From Candidatus Latescibacterota bacterium (GTDB lineage: Bacteria; Latescibacterota; UBA2968; SICM01): a stretch of 64,000 nucleotides of DNA. The notes under the pieces are model-generated. The model was not told the DNA's origin. It made no database searches and worked only from the letters and a program-made list of their open reading frames with translations. Shown piece after piece: positions 50,304 to 61,371 of this stretch. The position numbers and the translations under genes are program-made. The stretch's first letter is position 1. Every line of letters begins with the position of its first letter. The stretch spans positions 2,144,001 through 2,208,000 of the forward strand of contig CBDCJO010000002.1 of NCBI GenBank assembly GCA_965217865.1, given 5' to 3'.

Positions 50304-51595
50304 ATGGCCCTTCCTGAGTTCGACGAATCCACGATCCGTTCACTTGCCTCCAAACACTCTTACAATCGAGGAGAGGAATACTACCAGAGGCCGGAGGCGT
50401 GAACGATCTGGTCCTCAAAGACGATATTTACTATGCGAGCGTCCGCAGTCAGGACAAAAGGACGCACCCCTATTTCGTCAAAATCTGGGGAAGCGGGAAT
50501 CGAATCGAGTCCTCCTGCACCTGTCCGAGGTTTGGGGGAGGAATCTGCAGGCATTGCGTGGCCGCCATGCTCACCATCGTCAAGGGACACGAAGGTCATA
50601 CGGCCTTCAAGTGGTGTGATCTTGGCCAAAAGGGCGCTCCATCTGCAGAACCGGCAAAACCGGCCTTAAAAAGCCAGGTCGATCCTGATAACGAGGAAGG
50701 GTTGACGAGACGAGCTACAGAAAAGGCCTGTCAACAAGCGGAGCTATTGCCAGATGAAGGCACAAGAACCGTCCGGGCACACCAAATCATGACATCTTCA
50801 GTGGTTTCACTCGCACCCGAAGCCAGTTTAGACCAGGCCTGGGAACTGATTCGTGAACGTAGATTTCGGCATGTTTTAATTTTGTCCAAAGAGAAAAAAC
50901 TCATGGGTATTATTTCTGACAGAGATCTGCTCGGGGAAGCGGCGACGATAGGCGAAGTTTCCCCAAACTCTGCAGGCCCGCCTAAAACCCGAAGGACCGT
51001 TCAGGATCTCATGAAAACGAGGGTCCTCACGACGGGGCCTGACGCGGATATTCGGCAGATCGCCCGGGTCATGTTTGAAGAACGGATAGGATCCATGCCC
51101 GTTTTAGGCGAAGGGGACACCCCCGTGGGTATTATCACCAGGAGCGACATTTTATGGACGCTCCTGCATCATCCGCTTTTCGAGTTTTTGGACGACCGCC
51201 CGGTGGATGTTCGCCCCGTTGTGCTCTGCGTTGACGATGAAATCGTTATGCGGGAGATGTTGAGACAACAGCTTGAGGCCGAACCCTATGAGGTCGTTGT
51301 GGCTTCAAACGGCCAGGAAGGGTTGACGCACATGGAGGCGAAAAAGATCTCTGTGGTTGTGTCCGATCACCGCATGCCGGGGATGCTCGGCTCGGAGTTC
51401 CTTGCAAGGGCACGGGAACGATGGCCCAATGCGTTCCGTATCATGTTGACGGGTTATCCGGATTTCGATACGATGAACCTTGCCGTATCCGAGGGGAAAA
51501 TTCACCGCTTTCTGTCCAAGCCATGGGACTCAGATGAGCTCAAATTGATCGTGAGGAAGGGAATTGCCGATTCGAAAGCAACTGAAACAACGTGA
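50304..51595 (+). pseudogene. SWIM zinc finger + CBS pair + receiver domain protein, frameshift near 50388
   Basis: MALPEFDESTIRSLASKHSYNRGEEYY in a different frame from CTCP....ICRHC, IMTS..GIISDRD/GIITRSD, VDDE..SDHRMP..LTGY..KPW. Confidence 0.7.
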
Positions 51596-51777
51596 AGGCC
51601 TAAGGCGGTTTGTCCTGCTCCCGAGCCTCCCCGCCAACTTATTGATACTATGTAGTATCATTATTACTCCTGTTAATTCAATCCCTTAAGCCTCTCCACA
51701 TTCCAAAAATAGGGAGCGGATCGGGAAATTTTATCCCCGTAGCGGAAAAGTCTGCCAATTAGGCCCTCAAACCCTTG

Positions 51778-51806
51778 AAAGGGCGACCGAAATGGTCGCC
51801 CTTTTT
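51778..51806. terminator. Hairpin terminator upstream of fliO promoter
   Basis: AAAGGGCGACC-GAAAT-GGTCGCCCTTTTT. Confidence 0.75.
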
Positions 51807-51819
51807 CTTGCCCCTGCTT

Positions 51820-51835
51820 TGGCACATCCCTTGCT
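51820..51835 (+). promoter_or_regulatory. sigma54 promoter of the fliO operon
   Basis: TGGCAC-N5-TTGCT. Confidence 0.85.
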
Positions 51836-52156
51836 CAATTGCTTTGGAGTTAGATCCGTTTGATTTCACGAATTCTGAAAGGAGATTCGATGCGTTTTAG
51901 AGAACTAGCACGTGGATTTGCGATTCTCTTAATCCTTGTGCCCATGGGGGCATCTATGGCCTGGGCCTTGGGTCTCCCTCAAGACCCCACGATCTCACCC
52001 TCCCAGACGGGGAGTGATGAGACCAGCCTGACGGCACTTCTGTTCCGGGTCGCGATTTCGTTGGGGTTTATCGTCCTGCTGATCTGGGGGGCGGTTTGGT
52101 TGATGCGTCGTTTCTCACCGGGAGCGCTCAGACCCGGAGGGGACAATGGAATGGTA

Positions 52157-53722
52157 GTATCTTTTGTCTGAGATCGCCCGAAAAAACGGGGGCAAGGTCG
52201 AAGCAAGATCCTGGTTGCCTGTAGGGTTGAGAAGGGATACATATTTTGGGATATCCCTGACCTCACAGGAGGAGTAAAGATGGAGCAACTGTCCTCAAAC
52301 AGTGACCCGGTCAAGAAGCGCAGGAGCTTGTCCCCGGAACAGAAGTATGAGATTTTCCTTGAAGCCAGCCGGGGAGATGTTCCCATTGCACAGGTGCTGC
52401 GGAAATGGGGCATTCATTCCTCGGATCTAAAGCGTATTCGTGAGTCGGTCAAGTCCGGGGCCCTCAAGGAGTTCAAGGGTCGCCGGAGCCGCAAGCCGAT
52501 GGTATCGGCTGAGGAGGTGGAGCAGCTGCGCAAAGAGCGGGCACGCCTGGAGCAAACGATCATTGAGCAATCTGTGGAACTTTCCCTGCTAAAAAAAAGT
52601 GTGAATGGGATCTGACAGGCCCGATCAAGGGCCACCGGGTGCAAGCTGAGGTCAAACGCGAGATCCTCTTAATGGTCCATCGGGCCAAGGAGAAAGGGGT
52701 GAAACTCACCCGTTCTTGCGAGATCCTACAGCTTCCCCTCCAGCGGTATTGTGCCTGGAGCCGGCGAGATCGAGAAGAGAAGCTGGATGGGGTGTCGGAC
52801 CCGCTTTTGGATGGGAAGCCCGGGCCCGCCCCTGATGAGGCCCCACACGGATTGCTGAGGGAGGAGAAAGAGCAAATCTCGGCCCTCTTAAGGGATGAGA
52901 CCTATGCCGATCTGCCTCCCCATCAGCTGGCGGTGGTAGCCTCAGAGAAGGGGGTAGTGCAGGCCTCGGCCTCCAGCTTCTACCGACAGGCCAGGAAAGA
53001 ACGTCTGGCACGCAGGAAACAGGTGAGGACGCCGGTCAAGCAGAGCAAGCCCCAGGTCAAACCTGAAGGTCCTAATCAGGTCTGGAGCTGGGACCTGACC
53101 TACATCCCATTTTTCGGTTTGTTCCTGTATTTTACCGCCATTCTCGACGTGTATTCCAGGAAGATCGTAGGATGGAAGCTCTCCTTCAACGCGACCGTGG
53201 AGCAGGTCAAACAGGCCTGGGATCAAGCCCTTGCCAACGAAGGACTGCTGGACCTGGACACTGGGCCCATAAGCTTGACAGCCCTCTCAGATCACGGATC
53301 TCAGATGAAGGCCAAATCGATGGCCCAATTCTTCAAGGACCTGGGCATCTCGCAGCTGTTTGCCCGATATCAAACACCCACGGACAACGCCTGGATCGAA
53401 GCCTTTTTCCGGACATTCAAATACGACTGGCTGCGCTTCCAGGACATCTTCACATTCCATCAACTGGAAGGCCTGATTGATTCCTTCATTCACAGCTACA
53501 ACGCCGAACGCTATCACGGGGCAATACAGTATGTCACGCCTCTTCAGAGGCATAAAGGCCAGCATCAAAAGATTCTTCACCACCGACAAGGTCGAAAGGA
53601 GGAGGCTCGGCAGCGCCGCATAGAAATCAATCGGCAAAGAACATCCCAGACCATCCACAAGGCTGCCTGAATCTTGCTTGGACCTTTATCTACTTTTCTC
53701 TTGTTATCTCAGAATAGATACA
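52157..53722 (+). mobile_element. IS3-family insertion sequence (~1.57 kb)
   Basis: Ends GTATCTTTTGTCTGAGAT / ATCTCAGAATAGATACA; GTA duplicated at 52154-52156 and 53723-53725. Confidence 0.9.
52280..53670 (+). CDS. IS3-family transposase OrfAB (programmed -1 frameshift)
   Basis: OrfA HTH 52280-52615; A8G slippery run 52591-52599; OrfB in -1 frame with WSWDLTY, D..SR, SDHGSQ, DNAWIE. Confidence 0.9.
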
Positions 53723-53952
53723 GTAGAGATAATCGGACAACGCTCGATCGGGCCCAAGAAGGCGATCTATATCCTTCGGGTCGCGGATCGTGCGCTGGCC
53801 GTTGGGGTTACCGAATCGACCATGGCACCCCTTATCGAACTCGACCTGGACGAGGCCCTTGTTGCCAGTAGTGAGGGAAAGGCCGGTCAGGATTCAGACA
53901 GGTTCTCCGTTCTTCTCAAGGGACTTAAGACCAGGCTATCTGGGGAGGATAA

Positions 53953-54753
53953 ATGAGGTCCGAACGCGGCCGTTTTGAAGCCCATCATTCGCGACCCGTA
54001 TCCCTGGGTTCGTTCATCGCTCTCGCCTTCATCTGCTCGTTAATCTTTCTCGGATCGGCAAGCGAATCCCTTGCTCAGAGTCTCCCCAAAATAAGTATCG
54101 AGGTCGGGGGTGCGGGAAAGCCTAAAGAGGCCGCGGTCACGCTTCAGATCGTCTTTATGCTGACGGTCCTGACGCTTGCTCCGGCCATCCTGATCATGCT
54201 GACCTCCTTCACACGGGTGGTGACAGTCCTCTCGTTCATGCGCCTGGCCATCGGGACCCAGCAGATCCCGCCGAATCAGGTCGTGATTGGGCTCGCCCTT
54301 TTCATGACCCTTTTTATCATGACCCCGACCTTCGAACAGGTCTATACTCAAGCCCTGGAACCCTACATGGCCGAACAGATCGACTACGATGTCGCCCTGA
54401 AAAAGGGGATGCAACCCCTTCGAAAGTTCATGATGAAACAGGTCCGCGAAAAGGACCTCGGCCTTTTCTTGCGTCTGTCCCGGATGCCACAGCCGCGCAC
54501 GCCCGAGGACATCCCCAATCGTGTCCTCATACCCAGCTTTGTGATCAGCGAATTGAAGACTGCGTTCCAGATCAGCTTTCTTCTGTTTATTCCGTTCATC
54601 ATCATCGACATGGTCGTTTCAAGCACCCTCCTGTCGATGGGTATGCTCATGCTGCCACCGATCTCCGTTTCGTTGCCATTCAAGCTGCTCCTGTTCGTCC
54701 TGGTTGACGGTTGGCACCTCGTGGTCCGATCCGTGATCATGAGTTTTCATTGA
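53953..54753 (+). CDS. fliP: Flagellar export protein FliP
   Basis: LTSFTR, QQIPPNQV, PSFVISEL, MGMLMLPP, LFVLVDGW. Confidence 0.97.
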   Translation: MRSERGRFEAHHSRPVSLGSFIALAFICSLIFLGSASESLAQSLPKISIEVGGAGKPKEAAVTLQIVFMLTVLTLAPAILIMLTSFTRVVTVLSFMRLAIGTQQIPPNQVVIGLALFMTLFIMTPTFEQVYTQALEPYMAEQIDYDVALKKGMQPLRKFMMKQVREKDLGLFLRLSRMPQPRTPEDIPNRVLIPSFVISELKTAFQISFLLFIPFIIIDMVVSSTLLSMGMLMLPPISVSLPFKLLLFVLVDGWHLVVRSVIMSFH

Positions 54754-54788
54754 TCGAAGAAGCTATATCTCACTAAGGAATCCCTACT

Positions 54789-55058
54789 ATGACACCTTCT
54801 TTTGTGGTTCAGGTTGGGCGAGAGGCCATCTACCTGATGTTGCTCATATCGGCACCGATGCTGTTGGCGGGTCTGATCATAGGTCTCGGGATCAGCATCC
54901 TGCAGGCCGTCACCCAGATCCACGAAGTCACGCTCACCTTTATCCCGAAGATCGTTGCCGTCACCGGGGCCCTTGTCATCGCCCTTCCCTGGATTATGCA
55001 GCTGATGATCGACTTCATGATCCGGTTGGCCGCCCACATCCCGAACCTGTCAGGATAA
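54789..55058 (+). CDS. fliQ: Flagellar export protein FliQ
   Basis: LQAVTQIHEVTLTFIPK. Confidence 0.97.
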   Translation: MTPSFVVQVGREAIYLMLLISAPMLLAGLIIGLGISILQAVTQIHEVTLTFIPKIVAVTGALVIALPWIMQLMIDFMIRLAAHIPNLSG

Positions 55059-55169
55059 ACAGGGTCCCTGGACACGGACTCTTGTGATCCTTCGGGGGGT
55101 GGCGTGTGTTATGCCCCTTCCGACCAAGGCATCGATCCGGGACTTGGACCCCTGCCCCTGGACCCCACA

Positions 55170-55406
55170 GTGGATATATTGACTGACTCCCTCAATCATT
55201 TTGAAAGATTCCTGTTCGTCTTCCTCAGGGTTATGGGAATCCTGTTCATCTCCCCCTTGTTCGGCCACCGGAGCCTGATCAGCCAATCGAAGGTAGGCCT
55301 GGCATTGGTGGTTTCTATCGCCCTATTTCCCGTTGTCCCGCTGGCGCTAACGACCTACCCCCATATCATCCTCCTGATCATCGCCCTCCTCAAGGAGCTG
55401 GTCATC
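55170..55406 (+). pseudogene. fliR: FliR N-terminal fragment fused in frame to flhA
   Basis: FLFVFLRVMG...PLFG...KVGLAL...LLKELVI. Confidence 0.88.
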
Positions 55407-57250
55407 ACCCTCTTTCGCCTCTCTCTTAACGTCGCGACCACCAGGCTGATCCTCGGCCAGGCATACGCGGGCGAGGTGATCGAGGCCTTCGGCTCGTTCG
55501 TGGTGCGGGGGGACTACATTCTGGGCCTTGTCGTCTTCTTGATCATCGTCATCATCCAGTTCGTCGTCATCACCAAGGGCGCCGGACGTGTCGCAGAGGT
55601 AGGCACCCGCTTCACCCTGGACGCGATGCCCGGCAAGCAGATGAGCATCGACGCGGACTTGAACGCCGGCCTGATCAATGAAGATGAAGCCCGGGAGCGG
55701 CGGAAGGAGATCACCCGGGAGGCGGACTTCTACGGAGCGATGGACGGGGCGAGCAAATTCGTTCGGGGGGACGCCATTGCGGGGGTGCTGATTACCCTCG
55801 TCAACATCATCGGAGGTTTCGCGATCGGGGTCCTGAGGCGGGGGTTGACCCTGGGGGAGGCCGCGGAGACCTATACCCTCCTGACTATCGGCGATGGCCT
55901 GGTCACGCAGATCCCCGCGCTGATCGCTTCAACGGCCGCTGGAATCCTGGTCACTCGGGCAGCCTCCGACAGGAATCTTGCACAGGAGTTGACCCGCGAG
56001 CTGACCGCCAAACCCCGTGCGATCATGGTGGCCTCCGCCGTATTGTTCGCATTCGCCATAATTCCGGGACTCCCTGCGGTCCCCTTCCTGATCCTCTCGG
56101 CGTTGACCGGGGCGGTTGCCTATGCCACCAACCGGGTGCAACAGGCAGAGGCCATGGAGGCACAGGCCGGGGTAGAGGCCACAGAGCAGAGGGTCCAGGA
56201 AAGACCCGAAGACTACCTCCACGTCGACCTCCTTGAAATCGAAATCGGATACGGTTTAATTCCGCTTGTCGACCCACAACAAGGGGGGGACCTCCTGGAC
56301 CGTGTGACGATGATCCGGAATCAGATGGCCCTGGACATGGGCATTGTGGTCCCGCCGGTCCGAATCAGAGACAACATACAACTCAAACCAAACATATACG
56401 TGATCAAAATCAAAGGCGTGAAAGTTGTGGATGGAGAACTCCAGCCAAAGGGCTATATGGCGATGGACCCGGGTTATGCTGAAGGCCCTATCGAGGGCAC
56501 GGAGACGACGGACGGACTCCCCGCCCGGTGGATCACAGACGCCAACCGCGAACGCGCCGAGCTCCTGGGCTATACGGTGGTGGCTGCGGACGACGTTTTA
56601 ACCACACACCTGCAGGAGGTGATCCGGTCCCACGCTCACGAGTTCCTCGGCCGACAGAATGTGCAGGCCCTCATCGACAGAACAGGGTCCAAAAGGACCA
56701 TCCAGCTGTGGTAAGCGATCTGATCCCCGAACAGCTCACACTGGGCGGAGTCCAGAAAGCACTTCAGATCCTGCTCAAGGAGCAGGTGCCCATCCGGGAC
56801 CTGGTGACCATCCTGGAGACGATCGGGGATTACACCACCGTCACGAAGGATACGGAAGTCCTTGCAGAATACGTTCGCGCTACGCTCGGGAGGGGCATCT
56901 GCGAGATCTACAAGACCCAGGAAGGTACGATCCCTGCCCTGACGGTCTCACCAAGTCTGGAAACCCAAATCTCGGAATCCATCGAGTCCACGGTCGCCGG
57001 GATAAAGGTTGGCCTCCCGCCGGACACCGTTCGCCAGCTGTTCGAACGGATGACCGACCGGATCGAAGTGATGGTTTCGAATGAGCATCAACCCCTGGTC
57101 TTGACATCCCCCACGATCCGTCTGGCCTTCCGCCGGTTGACGGAGGCGGCTTTCCCGAGCCTGGCCGTTCTGTCTTACAACGAAATCGTGTCCGGGATCG
57201 AGGTCTTTTCCGTCGGCATGATCGATCTTGAGAACGGGGGAGAAGGCTAA
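55398..57250 (+). pseudogene. flhA: FlhA lacking N-terminus, frameshift near 56680
   Basis: TLFRLSLNVATTRLIL, RFTLDAMPGKQM, FYGAMDGASKF; C-terminus (EQVPIRDL, VLSYNEI) in another frame after ACAGA-ACAGG duplication. Confidence 0.95.
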
Positions 57251-57322
57251 AAAAAGAGGCGGAGCCAGAAATGCGTCTTTAGGATGAAACCGAAGGGACC
57301 TTGACGGCTGGATTGAATTCGG

Positions 57323-58531
57323 ATGAAAATTAAAAAATATACCGCGGACTCGATGTCCGAAGCCCTCCAAAAGGTCAAGGATGACTTGGGTTCGCGCGCT
57401 GTCCTCCTAAACACACGACAGATCAAGAAGGACGGGGCGATGGCCATCCTGAGCAGGAAGAAGGTGGAAATCACCGCGGCTCTTGACGACAGCCCGCCCA
57501 TACCAAACAAATCCAGCCACCCCCACCAAAAAAGGTCCCAACCCCCTTCCGGCTCACCCTCGGCCCCAACATCCGGGATTTCCCGGGGAGCATCAAAGGA
57601 AGCCAGAGATCCGAGGAGGTCCTCAGACGGGGATGAAGCATCCGGGCCCTTGGCGGAAAGGGTATCGAGAGAGATCCGGGAACTGAAGGAAATTTTGAAA
57701 ACCCGGTCCCCCTCGCATTATCCCCGGCCGGAAGGAGGGGCCTTGCCATTACCCGGCCAACTCCTGGGTCTTTCCGAACGAATGGACTTCGCGGGGTTCG
57801 GTGGATCGTTCGCGGCATCACTCATTGAGCGGCTCCTTGTCGACCCGGGGCCAGGAGGGTTCGAGGATCGAGGCAAGCTAGAACAGCAGGCGGCGAAGTT
57901 CATCGTTCAAACCCTCCCCGGGGCGACCCCCTCTGTTGTGAATAAAGGTGTGCGGACAGTAGCTGCGTTAGTGGGCACCGCTGGGGCGGGTAAGACCACA
58001 GCCGCGGCGAAAATTGCTGGGGAGTTCGCCCTTCGGCAGAAATCAAAGGTATGTCTTGTGGCAGCTGACGTTGAAAGGGTTGCCGGTCTGGACCAGATCC
58101 GTGCCCTGGCCGGAATGATCGGCGTCCCGCTCCACGTGGTATACACGGCTGAGGAAATGTCGAGCGTCATTCGAGGGCAACGGGAAACCGACCTGATTCT
58201 TATCGACACCCCCGGCCTTGGGCCCCAAGACGGGGACAAACTGAAAGGCCTCTCCGGGATCCTGCGCGAGGCCGCGCCAAACGAAGTGCATCTCATCTTG
58301 GGCGCGACCACCGGGGCCTCTCAGATGGCCGATGTTGCGGAGGCGTTCAGGCCGATAGGAACCAATCGTCTGCTTTTCACGAAGCTCGACGAGACCGCGC
58401 GCCTTGGCGGTATCCTGACCATGGCCGCGAGTTCAAACATAACCCTCTCCTACCTCACGGACGGGCGATCCGTACCGGGGGATATCCGGCCGGCAGACCC
58501 GATGGATTTGGCCCTTCAGGCGATTCGATGA
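57323..58531 (+). CDS. flhF: Flagellar biosynthesis GTPase FlhF
   Basis: MKIKKYTA, G.AGAGKTT, DTPG, TKLDE, VPGDI. Confidence 0.93.
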   Translation: MKIKKYTADSMSEALQKVKDDLGSRAVLLNTRQIKKDGAMAILSRKKVEITAALDDSPPIPNKSSHPHQKRSQPPSGSPSAPTSGISRGASKEARDPRRSSDGDEASGPLAERVSREIRELKEILKTRSPSHYPRPEGGALPLPGQLLGLSERMDFAGFGGSFAASLIERLLVDPGPGGFEDRGKLEQQAAKFIVQTLPGATPSVVNKGVRTVAALVGTAGAGKTTAAAKIAGEFALRQKSKVCLVAADVERVAGLDQIRALAGMIGVPLHVVYTAEEMSSVIRGQRETDLILIDTPGLGPQDGDKLKGLSGILREAAPNEVHLILGATTGASQMADVAEAFRPIGTNRLLFTKLDETARLGGILTMAASSNITLSYLTDGRSVPGDIRPADPMDLALQAIR

Positions 58532-59415
58532 CCGAACACCGAGATACTAATCCCTCCGGTTTAGCCCTCACCAAAGACGGTTTTCCCTCGGACAAGGGGA
58601 CTGGAGATGGGCAGCGCGCCTCGGCCCTGGCCGTGACCAGCGGAAAAGGAGGTGTTGGCAAGACGAGCATCACCCTGAACCTCGCGATTGAACTTTCTCG
58701 GATGGGTCGCCAGATTCTCCTTATCGATGCAGATCTGGGTTTGGCCAACGTGGATATTATGCTCGGAATCTCGCCAAAACATACCCTTGAGAACGTCCTC
58801 CGGGGCGAGTGTTCTATCTTCGATGCGACCATCGAAGGTCCGGAGGGGTTGACCATCGTCTCGGCCGCATCAGGCCTGAGTGAGTCCGAGTCCTGGCGGG
58901 TCGGGGACCTCGAGTCCCTTCAGGAAGACCTTGCCCGCCTGGAACGCGGATTCGACACGATCCTGATCGATACGGGCGCGGGGATCTCATCCAAGGTCAC
59001 CGATCTTGTCCTTGCGGCCGATAGTGCCCTGATCGTGGCCGTGCCGGAACCCACCTCTATCGCGGATGCCTATGCCATGATCAAGGTGGTCTCCGGTTTC
59101 CGGAGCGATTTCCAGGCCGGGCTTGTGGTAAACAGGGCACGGTCTCCCAAAGAAGCTTATGAAATCCACGACAAATTCAATCAGATCGTCTCCCGGTTCC
59201 TGAGTCTGTCTGTCCGGAACAGGGGATACGTGCTGGAGGACAGGGCCGTAGAACACGCGACTCGAACGCAGCATCCTTTCGTCCTTGGGGCGCCCCAATC
59301 ACAGGCGGCGCGTTGCATCACCGACATCGCAAGGGACCTGGGGGGGATCGCGGCCCGGCCGGAGGCTGCACAGGGGCTGTTCCACAGGCTATTCGGTCGA
59401 AAAGCCGCCTCTTAA
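58528..59415 (+). CDS. flhG: MinD-like ATPase FlhG/FleN
   Basis: SGKGGVGKT, DADLGLAN, PEPTSIADAYAMIK. Confidence 0.93.
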   Translation: MTEHRDTNPSGLALTKDGFPSDKGTGDGQRASALAVTSGKGGVGKTSITLNLAIELSRMGRQILLIDADLGLANVDIMLGISPKHTLENVLRGECSIFDATIEGPEGLTIVSAASGLSESESWRVGDLESLQEDLARLERGFDTILIDTGAGISSKVTDLVLAADSALIVAVPEPTSIADAYAMIKVVSGFRSDFQAGLVVNRARSPKEAYEIHDKFNQIVSRFLSLSVRNRGYVLEDRAVEHATRTQHPFVLGAPQSQAARCITDIARDLGGIAARPEAAQGLFHRLFGRKAAS

Positions 59416-59561
59416 AGGAGGGACTCGGAGGGCCGGTCCGTGTTATACGACGATCAAGGATTTGTTCGCGGGAAGATGGCTTGTTTTTAACCTTCGATTT
59501 ATTACATTACATGGCGATATAGCGACAATTTTAGCTGTCAACCTTAAGAAACCAGCTTTTA

Positions 59562-60344
59562 ATGGCTAAACAGACTCGGAAATCGATGCGACTGAAGGCC
59601 CACGCACAATACGATGCGACGGCCATCAAGACTTCCAACCGCGACAAACAGCTGATGGATTACCTGCCCATCGTCAAACATATCGCGGGAAGGATCGCCA
59701 TGGGTGTCCCCAGGTCGGTGGAACTGGACGATCTGATCAGCGCAGGGGTGGTGGGGCTCATCGAGGCCTTTAACAGCTTTGACGCGGAAAAAGGTGTAAA
59801 ATTTGAAAGCTACGCCTCAATTCGCATCAGGGGATCGATCCTCGACGAACTGCGAGCCGTGGACTGGGCGCCCCGCTCCACCAGGGCGAAATCCCGCGAG
59901 TTGGAGCGAGCCATTTCCTCTCTGGAGAACAAGATGGGACGCTCGCCCAGCGAACAAGAGATCGCTGACAGCTTGGGTGTGTCTCTCGGGGATGTTCACC
60001 AGTTGATGGATGACATCGCCTGCTCCACCCTTCTCTCCCTCGACGAGCTGACCTTCGGTTCGGACGACGACAAACCGGTTCCTCTCGTCGATACCGTGGG
60101 GATCCCTGGACAATCGGATGCCCTGAGCGACCTTGAACGGGAGGAGATGAAAGGTCTCCTTGTCGATTCGATCGGTTTGTTGTCCGACCAGGAACGGTTG
60201 GTCATCACCCTTTACTATTACGAAGAGCTCACCCTCAAAGAGATCGGACAGGTCATGGAACTCTCCGAGTCCCGGGTCTCCCAGATCCACACAAAGGCAG
60301 TCCTGAGTCTTCGAGGCAAGTTGAGAACAAAGTTGATGCGGTAA
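59562..60344 (+). CDS. fliA: RNA polymerase sigma28 FliA/WhiG
   Basis: DDLISAG..GL, RIRGSILDELR..DW.PRS, LYYYEELTLKEIG..SESRVSQIH. Confidence 0.96.
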   Translation: MAKQTRKSMRLKAHAQYDATAIKTSNRDKQLMDYLPIVKHIAGRIAMGVPRSVELDDLISAGVVGLIEAFNSFDAEKGVKFESYASIRIRGSILDELRAVDWAPRSTRAKSRELERAISSLENKMGRSPSEQEIADSLGVSLGDVHQLMDDIACSTLLSLDELTFGSDDDKPVPLVDTVGIPGQSDALSDLEREEMKGLLVDSIGLLSDQERLVITLYYYEELTLKEIGQVMELSESRVSQIHTKAVLSLRGKLRTKLMR

Positions 60345-60435
60345 AGACGGTACTCGGGAAGTCCCCTTTTGATTCGGCCTTTCGATGCTTAGATCCCGAA
60401 CTGATGACAACACACCATCCGTAACAAACGCGCCG

Positions 60436-61351
60436 ATGGACCCAGACGACGATAAGACAACCCGCCTTCGAGAAATCACAGAGAAGATAATCGGCCTGCC
60501 AACCCTGCCTATCGTCATCACAAGGCTCATCGAGCAATCCGAAGACATCCGCAGGCGACCTGGGCCATTTGATATCATCCGACCAGGCCCTGTCAGCAAG
60601 AATCTTGAAGGTGTCCAATTCGGCCTTCTACGGTTTCCCCCGAAAGATCGCTACGATCAAGCACGCGGTCGTCGTCCTCGGGTTCGAGGCGGTGAAGAAC
60701 CTTGGTCTCACCATTGCCCTCTTGAAACGTTTTCCGGAGGGAGAGTCTCACGAGTTGTTCGACCAGCAGCTTTTCTGGACACACTGCGTCGGATGCGGCT
60801 CCGCTTCGCGGTTGATCGCCCGCCGCCTCCACTATCGTATGGAGGGAGAAGCATTCGTCGCCGGCATTCTACATGACCTGGGAAAACTGATCTTGGTCGA
60901 ATACTTCCGGGAAAAATTTCTCAGTGCGGTTCGCCTGGCACAAAGCGAGAATCTCCACATCGTCCAGGCTGAGTCGATGGTCATCGGCGTCAACCACGCG
61001 GAAGTCGGCGGCTGGCTGGCTGAAAAATGGAACCTCCCAAGGCAACTCGTTCAGATCATCTCACGACATCATGGCCCCTTTCCCAACGATGGAGGCCATG
61101 AGTCCGACCAAAGAATCCACGAACTGACATATATCGTTCACGCTGCGGATGCCCTCTGCAGGGCAAGAAACATCGGGAACAGCGGGGACCACATGGGCCC
61201 CTCTCTGGACCCCCACGTCGCTCGGCGCTTTAAAGGCGATTCCGATATGGCCGACACAGACCTGTTCGACCTATTGGGCGAAGGCCTGGACGCTGAAATC
61301 GAACGCGCCGCGATCTTCCAGGATTGGACGGTTGACAAAGAGCCGGCATAG
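60436..61351 (+). pseudogene. HDOD-domain protein, frameshift near 60535
   Basis: LPTLPIVITRLIEQ then NPKTSAGDLGHLISSDQALSARILKVSNSAFYG..FWTH..HDLGK in another frame. Confidence 0.85.
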
Positions 61352-61371
61352 AGATTACGGGGGCCAGAGGC

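Larger units (their letters stand above)
51890..53956 (+). pseudogene. fliO: Flagellar biosynthesis protein FliO split by an IS3-family element
   Basis: TM LGFIVLLIWGAVWLMRR..GDNGM-V rejoins in frame to EIIGQRSIGPKKAIYILRVADRALAVGVTE; directly upstream of fliP. Confidence 0.88.

Noticed and set aside
41981-57250. Flagellar remnant repurposed as a minimal type III export machine
   Set aside because: Core export parts are destroyed (fliR truncated, flhB absent, flhA frameshifted, fliI truncated, fliO interrupted).
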